Source of the DNA: Geopsychrobacteraceae bacterium | GTDB lineage: Bacteria > Desulfobacterota > Desulfuromonadia > Desulfuromonadales > Geopsychrobacteraceae | DNA: 64,000 nucleotides | NCBI GenBank assembly: GCA_963662315.1 | Contig: OY759353.1 | Coordinates: 3,008,001-3,072,000, forward strand | Direction of reading: 5' to 3' | Shown: positions 44,097-58,616 of the stretch, piece after piece | Layout of the letters: the number at the start of each line of letters is the position of its first letter | Position numbering within the stretch: position 1 is the first letter of the stretch | Notes under the pieces: model-generated | Seen by the model: only the letters and a program-made list of their open reading frames with translations | Databases searched by the model: none | Told to the model about the DNA's origin: nothing | Translations under genes and position numbers: made by a program

Positions 44097-45957
44097 CTTT
44101 ATTTTTACGAATAAATATAGTTATGACTGCAATTGCTGCAGGTGTGATTCCCTGTATACGACTAGCCTGACCAATGCTTATTGGTTTTATTTTATTTAGC
44201 TTTTCCACTACCTCTGAAGACAAACTAGGAATTTCCCGGTAGTCTAATGTATCAGGTAGCAATACATCTTCTTGGTCTCTAAACTTTTCTACCTGTTCTA
44301 ATTGTCTTTGGATATAGCCTTCATATTTTATCGATATCTCGGCTTGTTCTAAAGACTCTGCGCTAAAATTCTGCAATTCGGAAAATACTATTTTTAATTT
44401 TTCAATATCCATCTCTGGTCTTCTCAGCAGGACATCCAAATTGATTCCAGATTTCAGATTTTCCAAACCTAACTTCTGAACATGTTCTGTCTGAGAAGAA
44501 GTTATTTTTTCTTCTTGTAGATACTTACCAATCCTTACCACTTCTTCCTGCTTACGATTATACAGTTCCCAGCGGTGATCATTGACCAATCCAATTTTAC
44601 GGCCAATCGGTGTCAACCTTTGATCTGCATTATCTTCTCGCAATAACAACCTGTATTCAGATCTTGAAGTAAACATTCTATACGGATCTGTCGTTGGTTG
44701 TGTCACGAGATCATCTATCATAACTCCTATATAGGCTTGATCTCTGCCTAATATGAGTGGTTGCTCTTCCTTGCAATACTGAGCTGCATTAATACCAGCA
44801 ACCAATCCTTGAGCTGCCGCTTCTTCATATCCAGAGGTTCCATTTATTTGACCTGCATGAAACAACCCTGAGATATTCTTTGTTTCTAAACTATTTTTCA
44901 GTTGAATAGGTTCGATAAAATCATACTCAATCGCATAACCAGGCCGCATCATTTCCACATTTTCAAAACCCGTCATTGAGCGAAAATATTGCAGTTGTAC
45001 GTCTGCAGGCAATGATGTTGACAGGCCACTTGGATACATCTCGCAACTTCTTCGCCCTTCAGGTTCCAAAAATGACTGATGACTATTCTTTTGAGGAAAG
45101 CGAACCACCTTATCCTCTATTGAAGGGCAATACCTCGGACCTATACCTTCGATTATCCCGGCGTATAGTGGTGATTTATCCAAATTACTACGTATAATAT
45201 CGTGGGTTTTCTCATTCGTTACTGCGATATAGCAATTAACTTGTTCCCTGGTAATATTCTTATTCATAAAGGAGAATGGTTTAATATAATCATCTCCAGG
45301 CTGAATTTCTAATTTTGAATAATCAATTGAACGCGATGCTAGCCTTGCCGGGGTTCCAGTTTTCAACCTACCAACATTAAATCCCAATGAACGTAATGAG
45401 TCAGATAATGTTTCGGCTGAAGGCTCTCCAGCGCGCCCACCTGAATAATGATTTAATCCTACATGAATCAATCCCTTCATAAATGTACCAGAAGTAATAA
45501 CTACTGACTTAGATTCATAATCCAAACCTTCTCGCGTTTTAACACCCGTTACATTATTGCGGTCTGTTATTAGCTCAGTTACCAGCCCCTGCTTCAAATC
45601 CAAATTCAATTGATTCTCTATTACCCATTTCATCCTTGCGCTATAAGCCATCCTATCAGCCTGAGCGCGTGAAGCTCTAACCGCCGGCCCCTTTCGAGTA
45701 TTCAGACGTCTAAATTGAATCCCCGTTTCGTCGATATTTAAGCCCATCTCTCCGCCAAGGGCATCAATTTCGTGGACCAGATGGCCTTTAGCCAAACCAC
45801 CAATTGATGGATTACAAGACATTTGTGCAACTGTATCCAAACCTATTGTCAACAGCAAAGTTATACACCCCATACGTGCTGCAGCCAATGCTGCTTCACA
45901 ACCGGCGTGACCTGCCCCAATTACAATAACGTCATATTTTTTTCCGTAATTACTCAT
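44077..45957 (-). CDS. mnmG: tRNA U34 carboxymethylaminomethyl modification enzyme
   Basis: GAGHAGCEAA, SCNPSIGG, PRYCPSIEDK and AGQINGTSGYEEAAAQG. Confidence 0.97.
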   Translation of the reverse strand: MSNYGKKYDVIVIGAGHAGCEAALAAARMGCITLLLTIGLDTVAQMSCNPSIGGLAKGHLVHEIDALGGEMGLNIDETGIQFRRLNTRKGPAVRASRAQADRMAYSARMKWVIENQLNLDLKQGLVTELITDRNNVTGVKTREGLDYESKSVVITSGTFMKGLIHVGLNHYSGGRAGEPSAETLSDSLRSLGFNVGRLKTGTPARLASRSIDYSKLEIQPGDDYIKPFSFMNKNITREQVNCYIAVTNEKTHDIIRSNLDKSPLYAGIIEGIGPRYCPSIEDKVVRFPQKNSHQSFLEPEGRRSCEMYPSGLSTSLPADVQLQYFRSMTGFENVEMMRPGYAIEYDFIEPIQLKNSLETKNISGLFHAGQINGTSGYEEAAAQGLVAGINAAQYCKEEQPLILGRDQAYIGVMIDDLVTQPTTDPYRMFTSRSEYRLLLREDNADQRLTPIGRKIGLVNDHRWELYNRKQEEVVRIGKYLQEEKITSSQTEHVQKLGLENLKSGINLDVLLRRPEMDIEKLKIVFSELQNFSAESLEQAEISIKYEGYIQRQLEQVEKFRDQEDVLLPDTLDYREIPSLSSEVVEKLNKIKPISIGQASRIQGITPAAIAVITIFIRKNKDAKRTH

Positions 45958-45966
45958 ATTCACCAA

Positions 45967-45982
45967 TGTTCCACGTGAAACA
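45967..45982. promoter_or_regulatory. parS centromere-like site
   Basis: TGTTCCACGTGAAACA matches the consensus TGTTNCACGTGAAACA. It lies between mnmE and mnmG, close to parAB and oriC. Confidence 0.92.
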
Positions 45983-45983
45983 C

Positions 45984-47342
45984 TTATTTACCGATGCAGA
46001 ACCCTGCGAAGATACCATCCAAGATATCTTCATTTGTGGTTTTGCCAGTGATTGAATCAAGACAAAGCAAAGCTTCTCTCAATTCAAATGCGATCAACTC
46101 TAAAGAGGGATCAGACTGAATAATATTAATACAATTATCTATATATTTAATACTTTTAATCAAAGCATCGAAATGTCTTCTTTCAGATAAAAGAACAGAA
46201 TCTTCAGAAATATGATCATTCCCTAAGAAATGCCTATAAACTAAATCTTTCAGGCGATCTAAACCATCATCAGACTTTACAGAAATAAAAATTGAATTAC
46301 CAACAACAGGAAGATTGTCAGATCTGCCTAAATCGGCCTTTGTAAAAACAATGAGATGAGAATAATCTTTACACTTGTTAATAATATACTGATCTTCGAC
46401 ATCAATATCTTTAGAAGAATCGATTAAAACAAGAATAAGATCAGCGCATTTTAATTTTTCTTCTGCGCGTCTTATCCCTTCCATTTCTACAGGATCTGAA
46501 GATGCGCGCAACCCAGCAGTATCAAAAATACGAACGGGAATATCATTTATAATAATTCCATCTTCAAGGATATCTCGCGTAGTACCAGGTATGTCGGTTA
46601 CAATTGCGCGGTTCTCACCTAATAAAGCATTCATAAGTGAACTTTTTCCAACATTAGGCTTACCAACCAAAACCAGATTAACACCTTCATTTAAAACGCG
46701 TCCGGCATGAAAGGTGGAAGTCAAAGATTTTAAATCATGCTGAATACCAATTAATTCGGAGGAAATATTACATAGATCCTCAACTGGCAGATCCTCTTCA
46801 GGAAAATCAATCCAGGCCTCAATAAAGACAAGATGATTTTTAACCACATTGGAAAACTGATAGATTTTTTGACTAAGAGCCCCGTTAACCTGGGCCAAAG
46901 CCATTTTACGTGAGGTTTCAGTACTGGATAATATAAGACGTGAAACAGCTTCCGCCTGCGACAGATCAATACGCCCATTAAGATAGGCGCGGTAAGTAAA
47001 TTCGCCAGGCTCGGCAAGTCTGAGACCAGAACGGATAAATGTGTCTAATATGACTTTAATAATATGACGGTTACCATGGCAATGAATCTCAACAACATCC
47101 TCAGCCGTATAAGAATGAGGACCTGCCATAAAAACAACCATAACTTCATCAATAATCTCACCGTCTCCATTATGGAGATGACCATAATAGAAACGGTGAG
47201 ACTCTAAATACTGAGCATTTACCTTGGCCCTAAAAAAATTTTGAATTTTATCTAAAGACTGCGCACCTGAAATTCTAACAACAGAGATACCACCACTACC
47301 AACGGGGGTAGCAGGAGCGATGATAGTATCCTTAGCATTCAT
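45984..47342 (-). CDS. mnmE: tRNA modification GTPase
   Basis: GKPNVGKSS, GTTRD, DTAGLR and C-terminal FCIGK. Confidence 0.97.
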   Translation of the reverse strand: MNAKDTIIAPATPVGSGGISVVRISGAQSLDKIQNFFRAKVNAQYLESHRFYYGHLHNGDGEIIDEVMVVFMAGPHSYTAEDVVEIHCHGNRHIIKVILDTFIRSGLRLAEPGEFTYRAYLNGRIDLSQAEAVSRLILSSTETSRKMALAQVNGALSQKIYQFSNVVKNHLVFIEAWIDFPEEDLPVEDLCNISSELIGIQHDLKSLTSTFHAGRVLNEGVNLVLVGKPNVGKSSLMNALLGENRAIVTDIPGTTRDILEDGIIINDIPVRIFDTAGLRASSDPVEMEGIRRAEEKLKCADLILVLIDSSKDIDVEDQYIINKCKDYSHLIVFTKADLGRSDNLPVVGNSIFISVKSDDGLDRLKDLVYRHFLGNDHISEDSVLLSERRHFDALIKSIKYIDNCINIIQSDPSLELIAFELREALLCLDSITGKTTNEDILDGIFAGFCIGK

Positions 47343-47348
47343 AACAAT

Positions 47349-48932
47349 TTAATCTGCCTGTCTACGAATAAGATATTGCTGCAATATTGTGAGAACGTTA
47401 TTGACAAGCCAGTAAACAACGAGCCCAGCTGGAAAATTCAAAAACATGAAAGTAAAGACGACAGGCATAATCAACATGACCTTTTCCTGTGTCGGATCCA
47501 TGTTGGTTGGAGTCATCTTTTGTTGTAAAAACATGGTAACACCCATAACCAGGGGAGTTATATAATAGGGGTCTTTAGCAGAGAGATCCGTAATCCACAA
47601 TATAAAAGGTGCATGCCTTAATTCAATAGATCCCAACAACACGCGATAGAGAGCGAAGAAAACCGGAATTTGAATAAGCATAGGTAGACAGCCACCCATA
47701 GGATTGACTTTATTCTCCTTATAAAACTTCATCATCTCCTGATTGAGGCGCTGCTTATCTGAACCATATTTCTCGCGCATTTTCTTCATTTCAGGCTGTA
47801 GCTTCTGCATCCCCTTCATAGATTTGTAGCTTTTTTGAGTTAGAGGCCAGAAAATTAGTTTGATACAGACTGTTAAAAGAATAATAGAAAAGCCATAATT
47901 ACCAATAAAACTGTAGAAAAACTTAAGTACTACCATCAACGGTTTAGCAAGCGGGTGAAAAAAACCATAATGAATAATTTCTTCAAACTGTTGTCCACTT
48001 ACAGCAAGGTCTTCAATCTTTTTTGGACCAGCATATATATGATAGTTAACAGTTGTAAATTGGCCGCTAGGGATATTCAAAGATTTAGAAACGAACTCAT
48101 TTTTAATATATTCGCCATCTTTAGTAATCGCTACTTGAGCATTATTATTATCTGGATTAACAGCAATAAAGAAGTATTTATTAGTAAAACCTGACCAAAG
48201 AATATTATCTTTGTGAATTTTTGAAGATTCATCTAAATCCTTAACCTTATCTTCAATAAGTTCCTTGCCATTATAACTAACAGGTCCTTCAAAGGTGTAC
48301 ATTTTACCACCATCTGAATTATAAAAAGTATCTAAACTTAAAAAGAGAGAACCAGAAATATTCTGAGTTGATTTATTATAAATATTAATATCAAGAGAAA
48401 AGTTATAATTTTGTTTGTTAAAACTATATATTTTTTCAATAACGATATCACCATAAGAACCAGTAAATTTTATGGAGATATCATTATTAACAATAACAGT
48501 ATCATCACTATTAGTACTATAATTAATATTAGATGGAATAGTTAAACCATTATTACCATAACTTTTAAAGGTGTTATCAGCAAATTTGTCGCTATTGAGT
48601 AAATAGTAATTACCACTATCAGCAGTATTATCCTCTTTATAATTTTTAAAATCGACACTTTTAACGGTTCCACCTTTACTACTTAAAACAACGTCAAAAA
48701 CATCATTAGTAACTTTAATTTCCAAAGGAACTAAATTGTTATCGATTTCTGGTATAGTAACAATGGTATTAACCGGACCGGAAGAACTATCACTACTAAC
48801 AGGTGAAGTATTGCTATCAGCTTGAACACTTTCTATTGGTTGCTGAGGGGGTTTAGGAGCAAAAAACATGCTATAACCCGACCATAGCAATACAATAAGA
48901 GCAATAGCCAATATAGTTCTATTATTTTCCAT
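47349..48932 (-). CDS. yidC: Membrane protein insertase
   Basis: GNYGFSIILLT, NPMGGCLPMLIQIPVFFALY and PAGLVVYW. Confidence 0.96.
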   Translation of the reverse strand: MENNRTILAIALIVLLWSGYSMFFAPKPPQQPIESVQADSNTSPVSSDSSSGPVNTIVTIPEIDNNLVPLEIKVTNDVFDVVLSSKGGTVKSVDFKNYKEDNTADSGNYYLLNSDKFADNTFKSYGNNGLTIPSNINYSTNSDDTVIVNNDISIKFTGSYGDIVIEKIYSFNKQNYNFSLDINIYNKSTQNISGSLFLSLDTFYNSDGGKMYTFEGPVSYNGKELIEDKVKDLDESSKIHKDNILWSGFTNKYFFIAVNPDNNNAQVAITKDGEYIKNEFVSKSLNIPSGQFTTVNYHIYAGPKKIEDLAVSGQQFEEIIHYGFFHPLAKPLMVVLKFFYSFIGNYGFSIILLTVCIKLIFWPLTQKSYKSMKGMQKLQPEMKKMREKYGSDKQRLNQEMMKFYKENKVNPMGGCLPMLIQIPVFFALYRVLLGSIELRHAPFILWITDLSAKDPYYITPLVMGVTMFLQQKMTPTNMDPTQEKVMLIMPVVFTFMFLNFPAGLVVYWLVNNVLTILQQYLIRRQAD

Positions 48933-49167
48933 TAGTAATATCCTGATGTTTAAAATTAGGAACAGGGTCAAATCCACCCTGATGATAAGGATGACATTTG
49001 CTTAGACGCTTAATAATTAAGATTCCACCCTTTATAACACCAAATTTGACAATGGCGTCTTTAGCGTATTGTGAGCAGGTGGGGTAGAATCGGCAATTGG
49101 CAGGGAATAATGGTGAAATAAAGTACCGATAAAAATCAATGAACAGTAATAACAAAGATTTTAACAT
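48922..49167 (-). CDS. yidD: Membrane protein insertion efficiency factor
   Basis: ISPLFPANCRFYPTCSQYA and KCHPY..GGFDPVP. Confidence 0.95.
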   Translation of the reverse strand: MLKSLLLLFIDFYRYFISPLFPANCRFYPTCSQYAKDAIVKFGVIKGGILIIKRLSKCHPYHQGGFDPVPNFKHQDITNGK

Positions 49168-49169
49168 CT

Positions 49170-49502
49170 TTATTTCTTTACAAAAATTCTATCAAGTTCA
49201 AAAAAAATATCCGAAGAGTTTAAGTGCGATATGCTCTTCTTAACGATGATAGAATAATCGAGAATATCTAACCGAGATCGGTTTTTCCTAAAAAATTCAC
49301 GAATAAGGCGCTTACTTCTATTTCTTTGAACAGCATTGCCTGTTTTTTTACTAGCGGTAATACCCAGTCTAGGATAAGAATTTTCCGGACTGGCGGCAAC
49401 CAGAATAAAATGGGGTGTAGTTAATTTACACCCCATTTTTCGTACATGCTTAAATTCCCAGGATCGTCTTAATCTAAATCGACTGGGAAACGATTTATGC
49501 AT
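49170..49502 (-). CDS. rnpA: RNase P protein component
   Basis: RLGITASKKTGNAVQRNRSKRLIRE. Confidence 0.95.
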   Translation of the reverse strand: MHKSFPSRFRLRRSWEFKHVRKMGCKLTTPHFILVAASPENSYPRLGITASKKTGNAVQRNRSKRLIREFFRKNRSRLDILDYSIIVKKSISHLNSSDIFFELDRIFVKK

Positions 49503-49503
49503 A

Positions 49504-49656
49504 TTACTTCTGAGTAATGGTTACAACAAGAGATTTACGGCCACGTGCGCGACGACGGTTCAAAACCTGACGACCATTTTTTGTTTGCATCCGTTTTCTG
49601 AAGCCGTGAGTCCGTTTTCTTTTAATCCGACTTGGCTGGTAAGTACGTTTAGACAT
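49504..49656 (-). CDS. rpmH: 50S ribosomal protein L34 (absent from the ORF track)
   Basis: Manual translation gives [59 protein letters not shown] upstream. Confidence 0.97.
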   Translation of the reverse strand: MSKRTYQPSRIKRKRTHGFRKRMQTKNGRQVLNRRRARGRKSLVVTITQK

Positions 49657-49881
49657 ATTCGAAACTCCTCTATTCTGGGTTCTGACAAAGTCCTACTTTA
49701 GATCATAAAAAATCATCCAAGTCAATAATAAATAACAATAAAAAATCACTGGAAGATAATTATATAAACGATTATAGTTATCAACTGTTAGATTTAAAAA
49801 AATGTTAGATACTTATATTTTTTATTATTATTTCAAATACTTACATCACTTATTAACCTGTTTATATCCTGTGGAACTCGT

Positions 49882-51243
49882 ATGAAAAATCTCTGGAAAA
49901 AGGTTCTCAATAGATTACCGGACAAAATTAGCACACAAAACATCAAAACCTGGATAGAACCGATAAAACCAGTGAATATGGATAAATCCATCTTAAAAAT
50001 TGAAGTTCCAAATAAGTTTATAAAAGACTGGATTAAAGACAATTATCGGCAAATTATCTGCGAAACCATATTTGAGATAACTGGGGAAAAAATCAAGCTG
50101 GACATAGATATAAACAAAACCATAAAAAAACAGTCAGAGACAGAAACAATAACACTGGCTGTAGACCTACCGGAAAAAATTGAAAAATCAAAAAAAGAAA
50201 CGCCAAAAGAGGAAATGGAGTTTTCCAATTTAAACCCATCCTACACTTTTGAGAGTTTTGTATCTGGGCCTTCAAACCAATTCGCGCATGCTGCCGCACT
50301 AGCAGTATCCAATAATCCGGCTACGACCTATAACCCATTATTTATATATGGCGGTGTCGGTTTAGGAAAAACCCATATTATCCATGCAATAGGAAATGAA
50401 ATATTAAAAAACAAAAGTTCAATAAGGGTATGTTATTACTCCTCAGAAAAATTTACCAATGAACTTATCAATTCACTACGCCATGCGAAAATGGATGATT
50501 TTAGAAATAAATTCAGATCTATAGATATTTTACTCATAGATGATATTCAATTTATTGCAGGTAAAAAAAGTACTCAAGAAGAGTTTTTCCATACGTTTAA
50601 TGCCCTATACGAATCTCACAAACAGATAGTTGTCACTTCAGATAAATTTCCTAAAGAGATACCAGATTTAGAAGAACGTTTAAGATCACGATTTGAATGG
50701 GGTTTAATTGCAGATATACAATCTCCAGACACAGAAACAAAGCAAGCCATTCTTAAAATGAAAGCAGATCAAAATAAAATAGATCTTCCCGAAGATGTTT
50801 CATACTTTTTAGCAAATTCAATAACAAGTAATGTTAGAGAATTAGAGGGGTATCTTATCAGAGTTGGAGCATATGCAAGCTTAACATCAACCCCTATTAA
50901 CCTAGATATGGCTAAAAATATCCTCAAAGACATTATCGTCGAAAACAGTCGTGAAATAACCATAGAAAAAATTCAAAAAACGGTAGCAGAACACTTTCAG
51001 ATCAAAACATCCGAATTAAAATCATCAAAACGATTAAAAAACCTTGTTTTTCCAAGACAAATTGCCATGTTCATCTGCCGCAAAATGACGGATCTCTCAT
51101 ATCCAGAAATCGGTGTAAAATTTGGCGGAAAAGACCATTCAACAATAATCCACGCAATAAAAAAGATAGAAAAAAAGATTGATGAAGATATGCATACCCG
51201 TATGATGATCGAAAAGCTTATGGAAAAATTGAACACAATCTAG
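49882..51243 (+). CDS. dnaA: Chromosomal replication initiator
   Basis: YNPLFIYGGVGLGKTH, DDIQF, RLRSRFEWGL and FGGKDHSTIIHA. Confidence 0.98.
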   Translation: MKNLWKKVLNRLPDKISTQNIKTWIEPIKPVNMDKSILKIEVPNKFIKDWIKDNYRQIICETIFEITGEKIKLDIDINKTIKKQSETETITLAVDLPEKIEKSKKETPKEEMEFSNLNPSYTFESFVSGPSNQFAHAAALAVSNNPATTYNPLFIYGGVGLGKTHIIHAIGNEILKNKSSIRVCYYSSEKFTNELINSLRHAKMDDFRNKFRSIDILLIDDIQFIAGKKSTQEEFFHTFNALYESHKQIVVTSDKFPKEIPDLEERLRSRFEWGLIADIQSPDTETKQAILKMKADQNKIDLPEDVSYFLANSITSNVRELEGYLIRVGAYASLTSTPINLDMAKNILKDIIVENSREITIEKIQKTVAEHFQIKTSELKSSKRLKNLVFPRQIAMFICRKMTDLSYPEIGVKFGGKDHSTIIHAIKKIEKKIDEDMHTRMMIEKLMEKLNTI

Positions 51244-51448
51244 TGGATATCTCCCGAAATTAGGGGATAAAACCAGATTAATGAAAAAGATTAACAGACA
51301 GCTTCAAAACCAGAGCAACTTATCCACAGCCGATTTTTATTAATTTTTCCTGTTAAATTAGATATATAGATACTTTTAAACATATAAACAAGCACTACTA
51401 TTACTACTAAAATATTTATAACTAATATATATAGTATACAGTTACCTG
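51242..51448. other. Replication origin oriC (dnaA-dnaN intergenic unwinding region)
   Basis: Perfect DnaA box TTATCCACA at 51320-51328, degenerate boxes at 51242-51250 and 51262-51270, DnaA-trio array CTACTATTACTACTA at 51395-51409, then an AT-rich tract. Gene orientation flips at rpmH/dnaA. Confidence 0.85.
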
Positions 51449-51463
51449 TTGACGGAGGATTTT

Positions 51464-52573
51464 ATGAATTTTGAAATTAGCAAAGAAGACTTTTTGAAAG
51501 CCCTTACCAAAGTCCAGGGAATTATTGAAAAACGCCACACTATACCGATTCTGGCCAATGTATTATTAGAAACTCGAAACAATCAGCTTCATATCACAGC
51601 GACAGACCTTGAGATCGGTTTAAAAGCGAAATTTCCCTGTTCTGTAGATGAAGATGGTAAAGTTACAGTTTCAGCTAAGAAGTTATTTGAAATTTTAAAA
51701 GAATTACCAAATTCTACGGTACAATTCAGTTCAAAGAATAATTTCTGGGTAGAAATAAAATGTGAAAAATCCATATTTAATCTAGTTGGACTCTCACCTG
51801 AAGATTTTCCAAGATTTCCTGAAATTACAGAAAATTTAACTTCTTTCGAAAGTTTAAGTTTTATTGAGATGATTGATAAAACAATATTTTCTGTATCTAA
51901 TGACGAAACAAAATTTAACTTAACTGGAATATTTATAAAATATGATTCTAGTATAAATGAAATTACTTTCGTATCTACAGATGGACATAGACTTTCATTA
52001 ATATCAAAAAAAATATCAACTAATCTCTCTGATAGATTTTCAAATGGTTTCATACTTCCTAAAAAAGGTATTTTTGAAATACGAAAATTAATTGATAATA
52101 CAGATGAAAATATTGAAGTTGGAATAATTGACAACAACTTTGTTATTAAGTACCAAGATACTATACTTGTGATGCGAATGGTGGATGGAGATTTTCCTGA
52201 TTATAAGCGTGTGATTCCTGAAAAATCAGAAAATTATGCACTTATAAATAAAGATGAATTTTTACATGCGCTAAAAAGGATATCAGTTCTTTCTAGTGAA
52301 AAATCCAAGGGAGTTAAAATTAATGTAAAAAAAGACACATTAATTTTAAGCTCAAGTAATCCTGAATTGGGTGACGCTAAAGAAGAAATTGATACAGTTT
52401 ATAATGCAGCTGAAATTTCAATTGGTTTTAACGCAAAGTATATTATAGATATCCTTCAGGTTATAAAGTCTACTAATATCATTTTTTATTTAAAGGATAA
52501 TATTTCCCCAGGACGTATAAGCCCAGAAGATGATGAAAATCATATCTCAGTTATTATGCCAATGAGATTATAA
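51464..52573 (+). CDS. dnaN: DNA polymerase III beta clamp
   Basis: PILANVLL, ATDLEIG, STDGHRL, GDFPDYKRVIP and VIMPMRL. GGAGG precedes ATG 51464. Confidence 0.96.
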   Translation: MNFEISKEDFLKALTKVQGIIEKRHTIPILANVLLETRNNQLHITATDLEIGLKAKFPCSVDEDGKVTVSAKKLFEILKELPNSTVQFSSKNNFWVEIKCEKSIFNLVGLSPEDFPRFPEITENLTSFESLSFIEMIDKTIFSVSNDETKFNLTGIFIKYDSSINEITFVSTDGHRLSLISKKISTNLSDRFSNGFILPKKGIFEIRKLIDNTDENIEVGIIDNNFVIKYQDTILVMRMVDGDFPDYKRVIPEKSENYALINKDEFLHALKRISVLSSEKSKGVKINVKKDTLILSSSNPELGDAKEEIDTVYNAAEISIGFNAKYIIDILQVIKSTNIIFYLKDNISPGRISPEDDENHISVIMPMRL

Positions 52574-52578
52574 TTTTA

Positions 52579-56044
<3,466 letters not shown>

Positions 56045-56084
56045 TACGCGGCTATCGCTTCCTGTCGGAAGTTGGAGGAATTAA

Positions 56085-58589
56085 ATGCTCTCTGAAGAGA
56101 ATAAAGTTACAGTAAATATTGAGGATGAAATGCGTAAATCCTACATGGATTACGCTATGAGTGTCATTGTTGGACGTGCTCTGCCTGATATCAGAGATGG
56201 TTTGAAACCAGTACACAGGCGAATTTTGTTCGCAATGTACGACCTTAATAACGATTACAACAAGCCTTATAAAAAATCCGCCCGTGTTGTCGGTGATGTT
56301 ATCGGTAAGTATCACCCGCATGGCGATAGCGCAGTCTATGACACTATTGTTCGCCTGGCACAGGACTTTTCCATGCGTCATCCTCTGGTGGATGGGCAGG
56401 GAAATTTTGGGTCTATCGACGGTGATTCAGCTGCCGCCATGCGTTATACCGAAATTCGCATGGACCGCCTGGCCCATGAATTGCTCGCTGATATCGACAA
56501 AGAAACGGTAGACTTTGGACCGAACTATGATGATTCTTTAGAAGAACCACTGGTTCTTCCATGTAAATTTCCCAACTTATTGGTCAATGGCTCTGAAGGT
56601 ATTGCTGTTGGTATGGCTACAAAAATACCACCTCACAACCTTGGGGAAGTCATTGATGGATTGATTGCAATTATTGATGATCCACATGTCGGGCCGGAAG
56701 AACTGATGGTAAAAATTCCGGGCCCTGACTTCCCTACCGGTGGTTTTATTAACGGTAAAGAAGGTATTCATGAAGCTTACAATACCGGTCGCGGGATTGT
56801 TCAGATGCGTGCCCGGGCCTTGGTCGAAGTTGATCGACGCAGTGGTAAAGAATCGATCATTGTCACCGAAATACCTTTTCAGGTTAACAAAGCCAGACTT
56901 ATTGAAAAAATAGCTGAACTGGTCAAGACCAAGAAAATTGAGGGTATATCTGATTTACGTGATGAATCCGACCGCGATGGTATGCGCATTGTCATCGAAC
57001 TGAAAAAAGATATGGTTCCCGGTGTTATTTTGAACCAGCTTTACAAAATGACAGCGATGCAATCCTCTTTCGGAATCATTATGCTGGCTATCGTAAGTGG
57101 GCAGCCTAAGATTCTATCTTTGCGAGAAGTTCTTGATAGTTTTATTGATCATCGGCGTGAGATTGTTACCAGACGGTGTATTTTCGAGCTGAAAAAAGCG
57201 GAAGCCCGTGCTCATATCCTGCATGGTTTGAAACTGGCTCTGGAAAATCTTGACGAAGTTATTCAAATAATCAAGAGCAGCGCAACACCGGCTGATGCGA
57301 AGCAGAATTTGATTAATCGTTTTGCGTTCAGTGATATACAGGCTCAGGCTATTCTTGATATGCGTCTGCACCGACTGACTGGTCTGGAGCAGAGCAAGAT
57401 TCTTGAAGAACTCGAGCAGATTCTGGCTCAGATTGCACGTCTGAAAGAAATTCTTGCCAGTGAAGTTGAAATTCTCAAAATCATCAAGAGTGAGCTGATC
57501 GAATTAAAAGAAAAGTTTGCTAATCCACGCCGTACCGAAATCATTGACAGGTCTGCTGATCTGACTCTTGAAGATATGATTGTTGAAGAGGATATGGTTG
57601 TTACTGTTACCCATGGAGGGTACATTAAGCGTAACGCTGTATCTCTGTATCGCGCACAACGACGTGGAGGCAAAGGGAAAACAGGTATTCGGCCAAAAGA
57701 AGAAGATTTTGTTGAAAGCCTGTTTATCGCATCCACCCACTCTTACATTCTGATATTTACCAATCTTGGAAAAGTTTATTGGTTAAAAGTCCATGAAATA
57801 CCACAAGGTGGGCGTGCTTCCAGAGGCAAGGCGATTGTAAATTTATTGAAACTGGCGCCAGATGAAAAAGTGACAACAATTCTTCCGGTTAAAGAATTCG
57901 AGGAAGATAAATTTATTGTTACCGCTACAGCTAAAGGTATTATTAAAAAAACCGATTTAATGGCCTATTCAAATCCGCGTTCAGGAGGAATAATAGCACT
58001 GACGATTGATGAAGGTGATAGTCTCATTGAAGCCAGGTTAACCGATGGTAAGCGGGATCTCTTGTTAGCCACACGCAATGGCAAATCTATCCGTTTCCCG
58101 GAAACCGATGTCAGAGCGATGGGCCGACCGGCACGTGGTGTCAGAGCAATGACACTGGAAGGTGATGACGAGATCATCGGTCTGCAGTCAATTACCGACA
58201 ATACAGCACTCGCTCTTGTCACAGTTACCGAAAACGGTTATGGGAAGCGTACCGATATTGGTGAGTATCGTACTCAAAGTCGTGGTGGTAAGGGGATTAT
58301 TACCATTAAGACGAGTGAAAGAAATGGTAAAGTTGTCGATATTAAGATGGTCAGTGATGATTCGGACCTAATGTTTATTACCAACAGGGGCAAGTTGCTG
58401 CGGACTAAAGTTAAAAACATCCGTTCTATCGGCAGAAATACTCAAGGTGTCCGCATGATGGTTCTTGAGGAAGATGAATTCATTGTTTCTGTGGCACGGC
58501 TCGCCGAGAAGGAAGCCTCTGATGAAACTGCACCGACTGAAGAAGAGATTGAAGCAGGACTTGAAGCATCGGGAGATGAAGAAGAATAA
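56085..58589 (+). CDS. gyrA: DNA gyrase subunit A
   Basis: [15 protein letters not shown], GyrA-box QRRGGKG and an acidic tail. Confidence 0.98.
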   Translation: MLSEENKVTVNIEDEMRKSYMDYAMSVIVGRALPDIRDGLKPVHRRILFAMYDLNNDYNKPYKKSARVVGDVIGKYHPHGDSAVYDTIVRLAQDFSMRHPLVDGQGNFGSIDGDSAAAMRYTEIRMDRLAHELLADIDKETVDFGPNYDDSLEEPLVLPCKFPNLLVNGSEGIAVGMATKIPPHNLGEVIDGLIAIIDDPHVGPEELMVKIPGPDFPTGGFINGKEGIHEAYNTGRGIVQMRARALVEVDRRSGKESIIVTEIPFQVNKARLIEKIAELVKTKKIEGISDLRDESDRDGMRIVIELKKDMVPGVILNQLYKMTAMQSSFGIIMLAIVSGQPKILSLREVLDSFIDHRREIVTRRCIFELKKAEARAHILHGLKLALENLDEVIQIIKSSATPADAKQNLINRFAFSDIQAQAILDMRLHRLTGLEQSKILEELEQILAQIARLKEILASEVEILKIIKSELIELKEKFANPRRTEIIDRSADLTLEDMIVEEDMVVTVTHGGYIKRNAVSLYRAQRRGGKGKTGIRPKEEDFVESLFIASTHSYILIFTNLGKVYWLKVHEIPQGGRASRGKAIVNLLKLAPDEKVTTILPVKEFEEDKFIVTATAKGIIKKTDLMAYSNPRSGGIIALTIDEGDSLIEARLTDGKRDLLLATRNGKSIRFPETDVRAMGRPARGVRAMTLEGDDEIIGLQSITDNTALALVTVTENGYGKRTDIGEYRTQSRGGKGIITIKTSERNGKVVDIKMVSDDSDLMFITNRGKLLRTKVKNIRSIGRNTQGVRMMVLEEDEFIVSVARLAEKEASDETAPTEEEIEAGLEASGDEEE

Positions 58590-58616
58590 CAAGCAAAAAA
58601 AAAACTTTTTTTCTCT

